Shown here one piece after another: positions 17,516 to 26,194 of a stretch of 54,691 bases of DNA. The notes below the pieces were generated by a model. That model ran no database searches and had not been told where the DNA came from. It saw only the letters and a program-made list of their open reading frames with translations. Position numbers and translations under genes: made by a program. This DNA is from an uncultured Candidatus Saccharibacteria bacterium (lineage in GTDB: Bacteria; Patescibacteriota; Dojkabacteria; SC72; JAFGCJ01). The stretch covers positions 1 through 54,691 of the forward strand of contig CAYZTC010000007.1 of assembly GCA_964481345.1 (NCBI GenBank). The letters run 5' to 3'. Every line of letters starts with the position of its first letter. Positions within the stretch are counted from its first letter, which is position 1.

Positions 17516-19840
17516 ATGGCCGAGTCTAAGTCAAAATCTTCTTCGAAGAGTAAATCAAGTAGTTCTAAAAATACCACAAAGTGGATACTTATAGCTTTAG
17601 CGGGTGTTTTTGGGTTGTGTATGTGTTCAGGAATAGCATATGGTGTATATTGGTTCTTCTTTAAAAGAAATGTAGGACCAGTATATACAGAAGAGCCAAT
17701 TGTAAACATATTACAGCCTTCAGGATCAAACTGGTATGCAACAGGTGAAAGTACTATTGCTTTAAGCGGAATTGCATCTGACGACAAGAGCAAAATTAAA
17801 AAGGTTGAATGGGAAGCAGATAGTGGGAGTTCTGGTACAGCGGATGGGACAGATGAGTGGACAATAGATGAAGTAGAGCTGAGTGAGGGTGATAATAAAG
17901 TTACCATAAAGGCCTCTGACACTAGTGGAAATGTAGGGGAGGACAGTATCTTCGTTGTATATAACTCTGGGGTGGAATTTGTAGGTAGTCTAGTCGCAGA
18001 CCCTGACTATTTGTATAAAGATGATCCTGCTGTAAGTGTTACGTTTAATGTTACTCTAAAAAAAGAAATAGGAGTAGATGTCACATCGGTAACATTGTAT
18101 TTGGTGGATGGGGATGGTGAAATTATTGAGGAGGTAGATGAGATGAAGGATAGCGGATTAACTACTGATGGTGACGATATCCCAGGAGATAGTACATATT
18201 CTATGATAACTTCTCTTTTAGATGTGGAAGGAGCTGACAAGTATTATAGAGCAAACGCTGTTGTTGCAGGGGAATCAAATATGTCTGGTTCTGTAAAAAT
18301 TATTTCAATTGAACACATGAGTGAAAATGCATTGGATCAGATTACTTCTCTGAACGAGCAGGTTTCCGACTTGATGGGTCAGCTGGAGGCTGATGGTGCA
18401 AATGTAGGTGATATTGCAAACCAGGTAAATGATATGGTTGGCCAACAAGATGGAATCACAGCAAATGGACTTTCAGAGCAGGGTACTGGTGTATGGTGGG
18501 TATATGAAAACACTTGTATTCCTGGTGGTGTTTTAATTACAGAGCCAGGGGTTAAGGGAGGACCTGAGGGAACAGGAAAGATTGTTTCAAAGGCATATGC
18601 TCAAGATAGCGATGTGGAGGTAGAAAGTACAAAGGCAATATTTCTTGGGCCATATGTGAGTGACTTTGGTGAAGCGGATGATTATTATGGCGGTTGGGCA
18701 AAGGTTAAAGAGAGTGTATGCCCTGAGTGTGAGACTACTGAAGTACTAAATACAGACGTTACGGTGGACCATTTCAAAGGACTTAGCAACTATGGTCTTA
18801 TATTGGTTTCTTCCCATGGTGATAATTGGTATGGTGGGCTTTCCGGTGACAATATGTGTGCTGAAGGATTTCAACAATCTCAGATAATCACATATACCAA
18901 TCAACAACTTACTGAAGAAAACTATGCTCAGTATGAAGCAGACTTGATGGCAAGAAGACTTGCAGTGGGTTTCGATAACAGATTGATAGTTCTTCCAAGT
19001 TATATATCTCACTACAATGGGTCGTTTCCAAATAGCGTAGTTTACATTTCTACTTGCAGAAGTGCATATAATAATACCCTTGCAGCAGCATTTCTAGGTA
19101 ATGGAGCTCAGGCTTACTTTGGATATGATGATTATGTTCTGGCAAGCTATACATATAGTGCAGGATCTGCCCTTTTTGATGAGTTTGTACTGGAGGGTAA
19201 AAATGTTGGTGAGTCGTTTACAGAAGCAGTGTCCACTGCTGGTTCAAGTGATGGACAGGGTGCTGACTTTTTGTGGGCAGGGTATGACCAATTAAAGATG
19301 GGTGGTCAGAGGTTTGTAAATGTTGGGTTTGAAAGTTCTGGGCTAAACGGTTGGGCAAATGTTGGAGATGCTAGAGTGATCTCATCCCTTGGTCCAATTT
19401 TGGCATCTGAGGGAAGCTTCATGGCAATAATAAGTACAGGTCTTGGATCGGTATCAGATAGTTCGTCAACATTAGCTCAGGAAATATGTTATGGAGGTGA
19501 TGAGGGTACCCTAATGTTTGATTACAACCTGGTATCAGAAGAACCGATGGAGTATGTAGATTCTGAATATGATGACAGATTGGCCGTAGTGTTAACAATT
19601 GAGGGTTCTGCTCAGACTATTCTTTCAGCAGGAGTAAATGATTCAAGCTGGAATGCTGTTTCAGGAATCGACTTCACAGGGGGGGACAGTACTACTTTTA
19701 TGACTGGATGGGAAACTGTTACTGCTTCTTTAGAGGGGGTGGATGCCCAATCGACAATATTATTGAACTTTTCAATAGGCGATGTGGGTGATAGTGACTA
19801 TGATACTGCAGCACTCATCGATAACATACGAATCGAGTAG
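17516..19840 (+). CDS. Large secreted/anchored protein with Ig-like repeats and a clan-CD (gingipain C25-like) cysteine-peptidase-like core
   Basis: 774 aa. N-terminal TM. Candidate His/Cys dyad in ILVSSHGDNWYGG and VVYISTCRSAYNN, followed by GNGAQAYFGY. C-terminal beta-sandwich region (NVGFESSGLNGWANVGDARV...LIDNIRIE). Confidence 0.4.
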   Translation: MAESKSKSSSKSKSSSSKNTTKWILIALAGVFGLCMCSGIAYGVYWFFFKRNVGPVYTEEPIVNILQPSGSNWYATGESTIALSGIASDDKSKIKKVEWEADSGSSGTADGTDEWTIDEVELSEGDNKVTIKASDTSGNVGEDSIFVVYNSGVEFVGSLVADPDYLYKDDPAVSVTFNVTLKKEIGVDVTSVTLYLVDGDGEIIEEVDEMKDSGLTTDGDDIPGDSTYSMITSLLDVEGADKYYRANAVVAGESNMSGSVKIISIEHMSENALDQITSLNEQVSDLMGQLEADGANVGDIANQVNDMVGQQDGITANGLSEQGTGVWWVYENTCIPGGVLITEPGVKGGPEGTGKIVSKAYAQDSDVEVESTKAIFLGPYVSDFGEADDYYGGWAKVKESVCPECETTEVLNTDVTVDHFKGLSNYGLILVSSHGDNWYGGLSGDNMCAEGFQQSQIITYTNQQLTEENYAQYEADLMARRLAVGFDNRLIVLPSYISHYNGSFPNSVVYISTCRSAYNNTLAAAFLGNGAQAYFGYDDYVLASYTYSAGSALFDEFVLEGKNVGESFTEAVSTAGSSDGQGADFLWAGYDQLKMGGQRFVNVGFESSGLNGWANVGDARVISSLGPILASEGSFMAIISTGLGSVSDSSSTLAQEICYGGDEGTLMFDYNLVSEEPMEYVDSEYDDRLAVVLTIEGSAQTILSAGVNDSSWNAVSGIDFTGGDSTTFMTGWETVTASLEGVDAQSTILLNFSIGDVGDSDYDTAALIDNIRIE

Positions 19841-19925
19841 TAAAAGAGAGATTATAAAGAAAATATTTGGCGTTGAGTGTTATCATATGTTGGTATATGT
19901 CCAGTAATTCATATTTCTTTGTAAT

Positions 19926-20678
19926 ATGCAGAAATTTTTTTCAGTAGTAATTCCTAGTTATAGAGAGGAAAAGTACATAGAAAAGCTCCTTCAGTCTATT
20001 AAGAGGCAAACAGTACAGCCTATGGAGGTTATAGTTGCCGATAGATATTCAGGTGATAAAACAAGAGAAATTGCAAAAAGTTATGGATGTAAGATAGTTG
20101 AAGGTGGCTCTGCAGCAAAGGGAAGAAATGCTGGTGCTGCTGCTTCAAAAGGTGAAATAATTATTTTTATTGATGCAGACTGTCAGTTAAGAAGAAAAGA
20201 CTTCTTTAAGTTTGTTTTAACCAAGTTTGAGGAGAAAAAAGTAGACATTGCAACCACTTTTGTTGATTCTGTCGGAAAAAATATACTGTTTAGTATTGTA
20301 AGGGAGGTTGCAAATATATTGAAGCTTTTGAATTACATATTTGTACCGGTCTTTAAAGGCATACTTTCAGAGGGTGGGTGTTGTATGGTATGTAGAAGGA
20401 AGATATTTAATAAAATCGGGGGTTTTGATGAAAGGTATAGAGTACTCGAGGATATTGACTTCATGAGGAGGATAATAAGGTTGGGAGGAAAATATTACAT
20501 TGTACCTATTAAAATTTGGACGTCTGAAAGAAGGTATAACTCTAAATCATTCTTGCATAATTTGAGTATATCTTTATATGCTCTCCCGGTTGCATTCATG
20601 ATGTTATTTAATATTAAGGTATCAGATGGTATGCTTAAGAAGTTGGATGAAAGTAGGGGAGAGATGGGAGGGGAATGA
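19926..20678 (+). CDS. Glycosyltransferase family 2
   Basis: 250 aa. Motifs FSVVIPSYREEKYI, VIVADRYSGDKT, IIFIDADC (DxD) and LEDIDF. Confidence 0.8.
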   Translation: MQKFFSVVIPSYREEKYIEKLLQSIKRQTVQPMEVIVADRYSGDKTREIAKSYGCKIVEGGSAAKGRNAGAAASKGEIIIFIDADCQLRRKDFFKFVLTKFEEKKVDIATTFVDSVGKNILFSIVREVANILKLLNYIFVPVFKGILSEGGCCMVCRRKIFNKIGGFDERYRVLEDIDFMRRIIRLGGKYYIVPIKIWTSERRYNSKSFLHNLSISLYALPVAFMMLFNIKVSDGMLKKLDESRGEMGGE

Positions 20679-20700
20679 TATAAATTGCTAGATATTTTAA

Positions 20701-21021
20701 ATGAAGGAACTGGAGAAATCTGATAAACGGAGGATGGTAAAAATATCAATAATTTTAGGGACAACAATACTTCTTATTGTTGGAATTGGGTTTTATATTA
20801 TTGTCAAAAAAGATCCATCCTGCTGTGGCTCTTCAGACAGCTCTGATAGCTCATTTATTCCAATATTTTCTGGTGTGTGGGTACCGATATTTCTTGCAGC
20901 TGCAAATAAGGATAGAGATAAACTTGATGAAAAACCAAGAAAAATACTTACAGTCATTACAGGTATTCTTGCAGTGCTACTGCTTGGTGGGATTGTTACT
21001 TTGATGATTTATGTGATCTAA
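20701..21021 (+). CDS. Small membrane protein (3 predicted TM) with CCGSSDSSDSS loop
   Basis: 106 aa. Hydrophobic segments ISIILGTTILLIVGIGFYIIV, IPIFSGVWVPIFLAAA and VITGILAVLLLGGIVTLMIYV. Confidence 0.45.
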   Translation: MKELEKSDKRRMVKISIILGTTILLIVGIGFYIIVKKDPSCCGSSDSSDSSFIPIFSGVWVPIFLAAANKDRDKLDEKPRKILTVITGILAVLLLGGIVTLMIYVI

Positions 21022-21719
21022 TATATCACTGCACCAGCAACATATTCCTTATTGTTAGGATTTTCATTTAGGGCTCCAGTGTAGTCATATATTCTAGTGT
21101 CAAATAATCCGAGTCTTAGCCCACTACCTCCATCCATTCTTTGTGGATCTATGATTTGTACAGGGTTTTCAGCAAGAAATACTAGTTCTTGCTGATATAT
21201 TGCAGGATCAAAGGTTTTCCATCCCTCTTCAAGTAAAGGTTCAAAGTAACAAATCCTTCTTCCATTTTGTGTTGTATGGAATTTAATGGGTCTTGATGAA
21301 ATTGGAATGTTGGGATCTGCTTCAGATATGTTTATCTGCTTGAAAATCTCTATATGTGGTGAGATGTTGTGTTCATTGGCTCCCGATATTAGAAAAATTC
21401 CTTTTTGACTGTATCTTACGTCACTCGTCTTAAATGGTTGTATAGTTCTAACTCGGCTTAGAATGTAAGAAAGAGAAATGGGTGTTTGAACATCAGTATT
21501 GTTTCTTACATAAATAAAACACTCATCTCTTCCTGGCCTGTACAGTTCTGTTTCTTCCCTGTTAATTGATATGATTCCCCATGGCTTTCGTGTAAATAGC
21601 TCATAATTGTTTCTTAATTGAAGAAGATCTGTCACAAGCTTCTCATGTTTTTCTTTTTCTGGTACGTCCCCACCTGTGGGATCTTGTCGACTAAATAGAG
21701 ATGATGATTCAGGATTCAT
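21018..21719 (-). CDS. Hypothetical protein, no recognisable family
   Basis: 233 aa uninterrupted ORF, soluble. Divergent from the Nudix-like gene. Its 3-prime end overlaps the preceding convergent ORF by 4 nt. Confidence 0.45.
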   Translation of the reverse strand: MNPESSSLFSRQDPTGGDVPEKEKHEKLVTDLLQLRNNYELFTRKPWGIISINREETELYRPGRDECFIYVRNNTDVQTPISLSYILSRVRTIQPFKTSDVRYSQKGIFLISGANEHNISPHIEIFKQINISEADPNIPISSRPIKFHTTQNGRRICYFEPLLEEGWKTFDPAIYQQELVFLAENPVQIIDPQRMDGGSGLRLGLFDTRIYDYTGALNENPNNKEYVAGAVIY

Positions 21720-21840
21720 TTTCTTAAAGAAAAAAATTACTTGGGAGTATTATATCATCCCATCCTATAGTGTAATTTTAAAGGGATTCTATGGCAAAAG
21801 ATATTTACTAGGCAGGTCTTATTATGGTTTAATTCAACTG

Positions 21841-22638
21841 ATGGATAGTAAAGAGAAGATAAAACCTAGTTTTCCTTCAGATGTGCAAATTCTTCTCTCT
21901 GAAGGGCAGTATAATAATGCGATTATTGAACATGCTTCAGTATCTTCTTTTCCAAGTCAGTATATCAAGGACAGGAATGAATTTTGGGACGATAAGGTAA
22001 AAGAAGGAAAGAAATCTGGGAAAAAGTTTTGGAATGGAACGTTATATACTCTTGGAAATATAGATCTTTCAAATTCTCAGGCTCCAGTGATTACTCTTGG
22101 GAAATGTGAATACAGAGATTTTGCTTTTAAACATACACTTGGACCTGATACTATTATTGAAAAATATGGAAAAGAGTCTTTAATAAAACACTGTTGGGTT
22201 AGCATTCTTCCTGTTACCTCTGATGGAAAATTAGTATGTGGAATGAAAGATAAAACTGTGAGAATAGAGCCAGATGTGATGGCGTATATAAGTGGAGAGT
22301 TGAATGCCGATGAAACTGAGGTTAAAAGTCTAAATGATATTAGGGATCATGCTCATAAAGAGTTACTTGAAGAGTCTAATATCAATGTAACAAAAGAGTC
22401 TGTAAAACTGCTGCAGATTATTGTTACAAGAACTCATGCTGAATTTCAGTTTATGGTCCCCCTAAAAATTTCCTCGAAAGAAATAGATAAGGTTAATAAG
22501 CCAGGGGAATTTAAGAAATTTGTTGCTATGAGTACTCAAGAATTAAAAGAATTTCAAGGAGAAAGATTAGAGGTATTTAAAAGATTTCAGTACCAAATAA
22601 AAAATTTTGTGCAACCTATATCAAAATTTTTATCATAA
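21841..22638 (+). CDS. Nudix-like protein with a degenerate Nudix box
   Basis: The track ORF starts at 21676 and would overlap the divergent gene. ATG 21841 (MDSKEKIKP) is the likelier start. The box-like segment is GELNADE-x14-KELLEESNI. The canonical box is G-x5-E-x7-REUxEExGU, so here the spacing is expanded, R is replaced by K and G by N. Confidence 0.35.
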   Translation: MDSKEKIKPSFPSDVQILLSEGQYNNAIIEHASVSSFPSQYIKDRNEFWDDKVKEGKKSGKKFWNGTLYTLGNIDLSNSQAPVITLGKCEYRDFAFKHTLGPDTIIEKYGKESLIKHCWVSILPVTSDGKLVCGMKDKTVRIEPDVMAYISGELNADETEVKSLNDIRDHAHKELLEESNINVTKESVKLLQIIVTRTHAEFQFMVPLKISSKEIDKVNKPGEFKKFVAMSTQELKEFQGERLEVFKRFQYQIKNFVQPISKFLS

Positions 22639-22854
22639 ACTCTGGCTTCTTAATTGAAAGGATTATGAGAGACAGTACTGCTGCAATACCCATATAAAAG
22701 CATTGATGGCAGGCAGACTTTTGTAAAGATTGCTGATTTGAGGGAGTTTATTGAGGGGTATGAGTAGACATGGATACAGGTTGGAATTGAATACAGAAAA
22801 TATTAGATAATATAAGGCTGAATTAGTTTGAACCTTTATTCAAATGTAAGTGGT

Positions 22855-22863
22855 TGATATAAT
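22855..22863 (+). promoter_or_regulatory. Extended -10 element TGaTATAAT placed 6 nt before the ATG (possible leaderless transcript)
   Basis: TGATATAAT at 22855-22863, then TGTCTT, then ATG 22870. There is no purine-rich SD in between. Confidence 0.3.
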
Positions 22864-22869
22864 TGTCTT

Positions 22870-24462
22870 ATGATCAAAATAGCAGAACTCACACTTAAAG
22901 AATACACTTTTAACCCTGGTAAGGTGAATCTGATATTAGGTGCTAACAACACGGGTAAAAGTACCCTTTTAAGAGAAATATCAGGCTCAATCAATAATCC
23001 AAAAGATATTCATAAGAATCTTTGGGTCAAACAAATGAAAGTAGAGTTTGAAAAAGTTGGATCTGAGTTCGCAGAAAAGTTTCCTGAAGTGCAAGAAGCA
23101 CTAAAATTTGATGAGGTAGATAATCTGAATGATAGGGGTCTTCAAACTATTTACGGTGTTAACATTTGGAATCATAACGTATTCAATCAATTAAAAAAAG
23201 ATTCCGGTGATGCCTTCACTCATGTGATTGATCAAACAGTATTTGATAGTGAAGAAGGACATTATGCGGTTTTTCTATCCCAATTTAAGACAGCAACTGA
23301 ATTTTGTGGATCACGTTTAGGTGGACCATTTAGTACACAGATAGAAAAGATAACTAATCCGATAAGCAACATTATCCATTATCTTTACATCCAAACCAAT
23401 ATATTTGAAGGGATACAAGAACATATAAAAAATATTTTTGACATAAAAGTAGGATTTGATAATTTACGACAAGGTGATATTGCATTAAGAATTATGCCTG
23501 ACACCAATCCTCCCCCAAATGGTACAGTTGAGGAACAGTCTAAATACTGGGAAGAAAACTCTCCATTTGTAAATGATCAGGGTGATGGAATAAAAGCATA
23601 TTTAAAAATAATATTCACATTATTTAATCCAGTAAAAGATATTATACTTATTGACGAACCCGAGTCATTCCTGCATCCACCACAAAGACGTAATCTAGGG
23701 AGCTTTATAAGTCAGAATGTTGAAAGAGGCAAACAGATCTTTATAGCAACTCATGATGGTGAATTCCTAAATGGAATGCTTCCTTCCTTAGACACAAAAG
23801 ATATAAAGATACTTCACCTCAAAGACGAAGATAAGGATAAAAAGTGTAATGTTGTAAGTTTTAGCACAGGAGAAAGAAAGTCGGAACAGTATAACGAAGT
23901 TATATTAAATTCATTCTTTAATAAATCTACGATTCTAACTGAAGCTGAAGATGATCGGATGATTTATCAATATGCCTCAAAAGAATACTTTAATTCTTCA
24001 TCTCAGGATATAAACTTTATTGGATTCAGTGGCATAACTGAAGTTCTTAAAGCATTTAAGGTGTTGAATGATTGGTCATTAAGCACAAAATGTATTTTGG
24101 ATATTGACTATCTGAGTTCTCAAAAACTAAGAAGTAAAATCCCATTGAACGAAAAGGATAAGCATATTATGAAGAAGATTAAAAGCAAATTAGATGACTT
24201 ATTATCCAATGATGATTATATATCTGATTTCAAAAAGCTTGGAATTAGAAGCCAAACTGTAATTTCAATAAGAGAAGATTTGGAGAATGCAATTGATATG
24301 CTGAAAACTTATGCTGTTTTCATAATACCTTATGGTTCACTAGAGTCATTTTTCAAGATTGAAAAGAAAGATCGTAGAATAGTGCAAAAAGCACTTGATT
24401 CAATTGAAGAAAAAAAATTGAGAAATCTTTATTCTTTTATCAAGTCAGTATTGGAATCATAA
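22870..24462 (+). CDS. ABC/SMC-type AAA ATPase fused to a Toprim/DUF4435-like C-terminal domain (OLD-family / PARIS-like architecture)
   Basis: 530 aa. Walker A GANNTGKST, signature-like DQGDGIKAY, Walker B ILIDEPESFLHP, H-loop FIATHDGEF. The C-terminal region carries an acidic E motif (TILTEAEDDRMIY) and a DxD motif (CILDIDYL), as in OLD-type Toprim domains. Confidence 0.55.
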   Translation: MIKIAELTLKEYTFNPGKVNLILGANNTGKSTLLREISGSINNPKDIHKNLWVKQMKVEFEKVGSEFAEKFPEVQEALKFDEVDNLNDRGLQTIYGVNIWNHNVFNQLKKDSGDAFTHVIDQTVFDSEEGHYAVFLSQFKTATEFCGSRLGGPFSTQIEKITNPISNIIHYLYIQTNIFEGIQEHIKNIFDIKVGFDNLRQGDIALRIMPDTNPPPNGTVEEQSKYWEENSPFVNDQGDGIKAYLKIIFTLFNPVKDIILIDEPESFLHPPQRRNLGSFISQNVERGKQIFIATHDGEFLNGMLPSLDTKDIKILHLKDEDKDKKCNVVSFSTGERKSEQYNEVILNSFFNKSTILTEAEDDRMIYQYASKEYFNSSSQDINFIGFSGITEVLKAFKVLNDWSLSTKCILDIDYLSSQKLRSKIPLNEKDKHIMKKIKSKLDDLLSNDDYISDFKKLGIRSQTVISIREDLENAIDMLKTYAVFIIPYGSLESFFKIEKKDRRIVQKALDSIEEKKLRNLYSFIKSVLES

Positions 24463-24573
24463 ATTTGATGAAAAGCAAATTAACGAACAAACTGTCCTTG
24501 AAGATTCAGCAGTTTTTATCTGAAGAGTAAAAGGGTTGTTAAATATGAATTGAAGGAACCTTTCCATACATAT

Positions 24574-24656
24574 GCTCGGCTGAGAGTCACAAACAGTTGG
24601 AAAATGGGACTCACTTCGCTTTCGGCTCAGTATAGAGTCATATATGCCGCTCGCTT
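24574..24656. repeat. Degenerate GC-richer repeat pair in the convergent intergenic region
   Basis: GCTCGGCTGAGAGTCA (24574-24589) and TTCGGCTCAGTATAGAGTCA (24621-24640) are near-direct repeats. TTCGCTTTCGGCTCAG resembles the TTCGCTCAGGGCTTCGAC motif at 8471-8488. Confidence 0.4.
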
Positions 24657-24711
24657 TTCTTTTTGTCCAATCTTTCTCTAGTCTTAATGCCTGTTTCATT
24701 TTCTTATTATA

Positions 24712-25350
24712 TTAGCTTTGAATAACAAAGATTCTGTGCGGTAATGGTCTAAACCATTTACGAATTTTTAATAGTCTTTTATTCAATGGTAAAAAATGAA
24801 CTGAAGCTTCTTCAATAATCTTTCCCCCAGAAATTTTTATTAACTCTCTCCATTTATTTAATTCTAAAAATCTTTCATCACCAAAAGCTTTTTCATTTTC
24901 ATCAAAATATTTTGTTGGAATACCTATAATAACTGTCTTGGCTATATTTAATTGAATTTTTATTATTTCAATAATTTTTTCGTCTTCAAAATGTTCCAAA
25001 ACACCATTGCTAAACACGACATCAAAATATCCCTTTTCATAGGACATATTGAATATTGATTCAAGTACAAAAGTGGGTTTTTGGGGAGCGCCGTAATCGT
25101 TTGCAAGTCTTTTTGCTAAACTTAACATTTCTCTATCAATATCAACACTATAACAATGATATCCTTTACTTGCTAAAAATATTGACAAAACAGCAGAGCC
25201 ACAACCAGTCTCTAATATTCTTCCATTTTGATTTGAATACTTAATGATTAAATCTAAAAATCTTTTCTTAAACTTGAGCTTGTTGTTTATCCAGCCTCTT
25301 GGATCTTTATATTTTTTTAATCCTTTTCGGTAGATTTCTTCCCATGTCAT
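24712..25350 (-). CDS. Class I SAM-dependent methyltransferase
   Basis: 212 aa. Motif I is RILETGCGSAVLSIFLA. An acidic post-I residue (YSVDID) and FDVVFSNGVLEH are present. The substrate is unknown. Confidence 0.7.
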   Translation of the reverse strand: MTWEEIYRKGLKKYKDPRGWINNKLKFKKRFLDLIIKYSNQNGRILETGCGSAVLSIFLASKGYHCYSVDIDREMLSLAKRLANDYGAPQKPTFVLESIFNMSYEKGYFDVVFSNGVLEHFEDEKIIEIIKIQLNIAKTVIIGIPTKYFDENEKAFGDERFLELNKWRELIKISGGKIIEEASVHFLPLNKRLLKIRKWFRPLPHRIFVIQS

Positions 25351-25421
25351 GTGATTGTAGTATCATTATTAAATCTAAGATTTAGGATTTAATTTAGTTT
25401 GGAAAAGTTAAATACATACGA

Positions 25422-25461
25422 AATGGGGTGGAAGATTTGAATAATTGTGAACTTCCACAAC
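25422..25461 (-). pseudogene. Partial copy of the tRNA-His 3-prime end
   Basis: AATGGGGTGGAAGAT (25422-25436) is identical to 26193-26207, which covers the acceptor 3-prime strand, CCA and 2 flanking nt. A second block, CCACAAC (25455-25461), matches 26219-25 after a gap. Confidence 0.6.
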
Positions 25462-25617
25462 TAGATAGATTATATAGCATTTTCTCTTCTCTCAATAGGT
25501 TATCTGATATCATAAAACAAAGTTCTTCAATACATAATTATGTCCCTGGATTCAAGTATTAGTGGAATAAGAGAATAATAGGAAGATAGGAAATGAACTT
25601 GCGTAGATAGAGCATAT

Positions 25618-25689
25618 TAAAAGAAAAAAGTGCCTCCGGTTTGAATATCACTCTTGCGAGTAGATATTATCTCACCATCAACGGCACTT
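25618..25689 (-). terminator. Candidate intrinsic terminator after the 120-aa ORF
   Basis: On the minus strand, AAGTGCC (25689-25683) pairs with GGCACTT (25634-25628) and is followed by TTTTTCTT. The enclosed loop is long (~48 nt), so the structure may be branched. Confidence 0.4.
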
Positions 25690-25725
25690 CTTCCTACACT
25701 TATCATTGCGATTTGTTTATCCTAA

Positions 25726-26088
25726 CTAACTTTTTTGATCTTGAACCATACTTCTTGGTGCTGATTTGGTAATCGTCTCAATGATTATTGGTTCTAGGTT
25801 ATCCCAGCTGAAATTCATACCCTTTTCAATGCCTACAGAATAGGGATCAACGAAAATTTGAGTTATCCCAGGGATTCTGAAAAGCCTGCGAACAAGAGTT
25901 GCACCCTTTCTCCCAACCTCTTTGAGATATTTGTCGCTACTTTCACGCAGTGGACGCCAAAATATCCGAGTATGAGTTTTTGAGATTTCAAAATTTGTAT
26001 GGTATGTTCGCATATCAGCATTGGAATGGGTTTCTGCCTTAACAGGCATTACTTCTGGTTCTTTTTGTAAAAACTTTAGAATTTTCAT
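25726..26088 (-). CDS. Hypothetical 120-aa protein (weak resemblance to Nfu/NifU N-terminal-type domains)
   Basis: The track ORF extends to 26187 and abuts the tRNA. The internal ATG 26088 (MKILKFLQKEPEV) is the likelier start. The segment RIPGITQIFVDPYSVGIEKGMNFSWDNLEPII gives only a loose family impression. Confidence 0.35.
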   Translation of the reverse strand: MKILKFLQKEPEVMPVKAETHSNADMRTYHTNFEISKTHTRIFWRPLRESSDKYLKEVGRKGATLVRRLFRIPGITQIFVDPYSVGIEKGMNFSWDNLEPIIIETITKSAPRSMVQDQKS

Positions 26089-26194
26089 TTTTTCCTCTGT
26101 TTCATCATCATCATCATTTTTTACAAATCGCTTTTTTAAAGTGCAAGGAAGGACACTATTATAACAAAAAAATGGGGTAGTTACCATAGGGTAA

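Noticed and set aside
21676-21840. Upstream extension of the Nudix-like ORF, as given in the track.
   Set aside because: It would overlap the divergent 233-aa gene by 44 nt, and its translation there is Tyr/Ile-rich nonsense. ATG 21841 leaves a normal divergent promoter region.
24457-24699. 80-aa minus-strand ORF in the convergent intergenic region.
   Set aside because: It has no SD and an odd composition. It overlaps the stop of the ATPase gene and spans the repeat-containing non-coding stretch. I treat it as non-coding.
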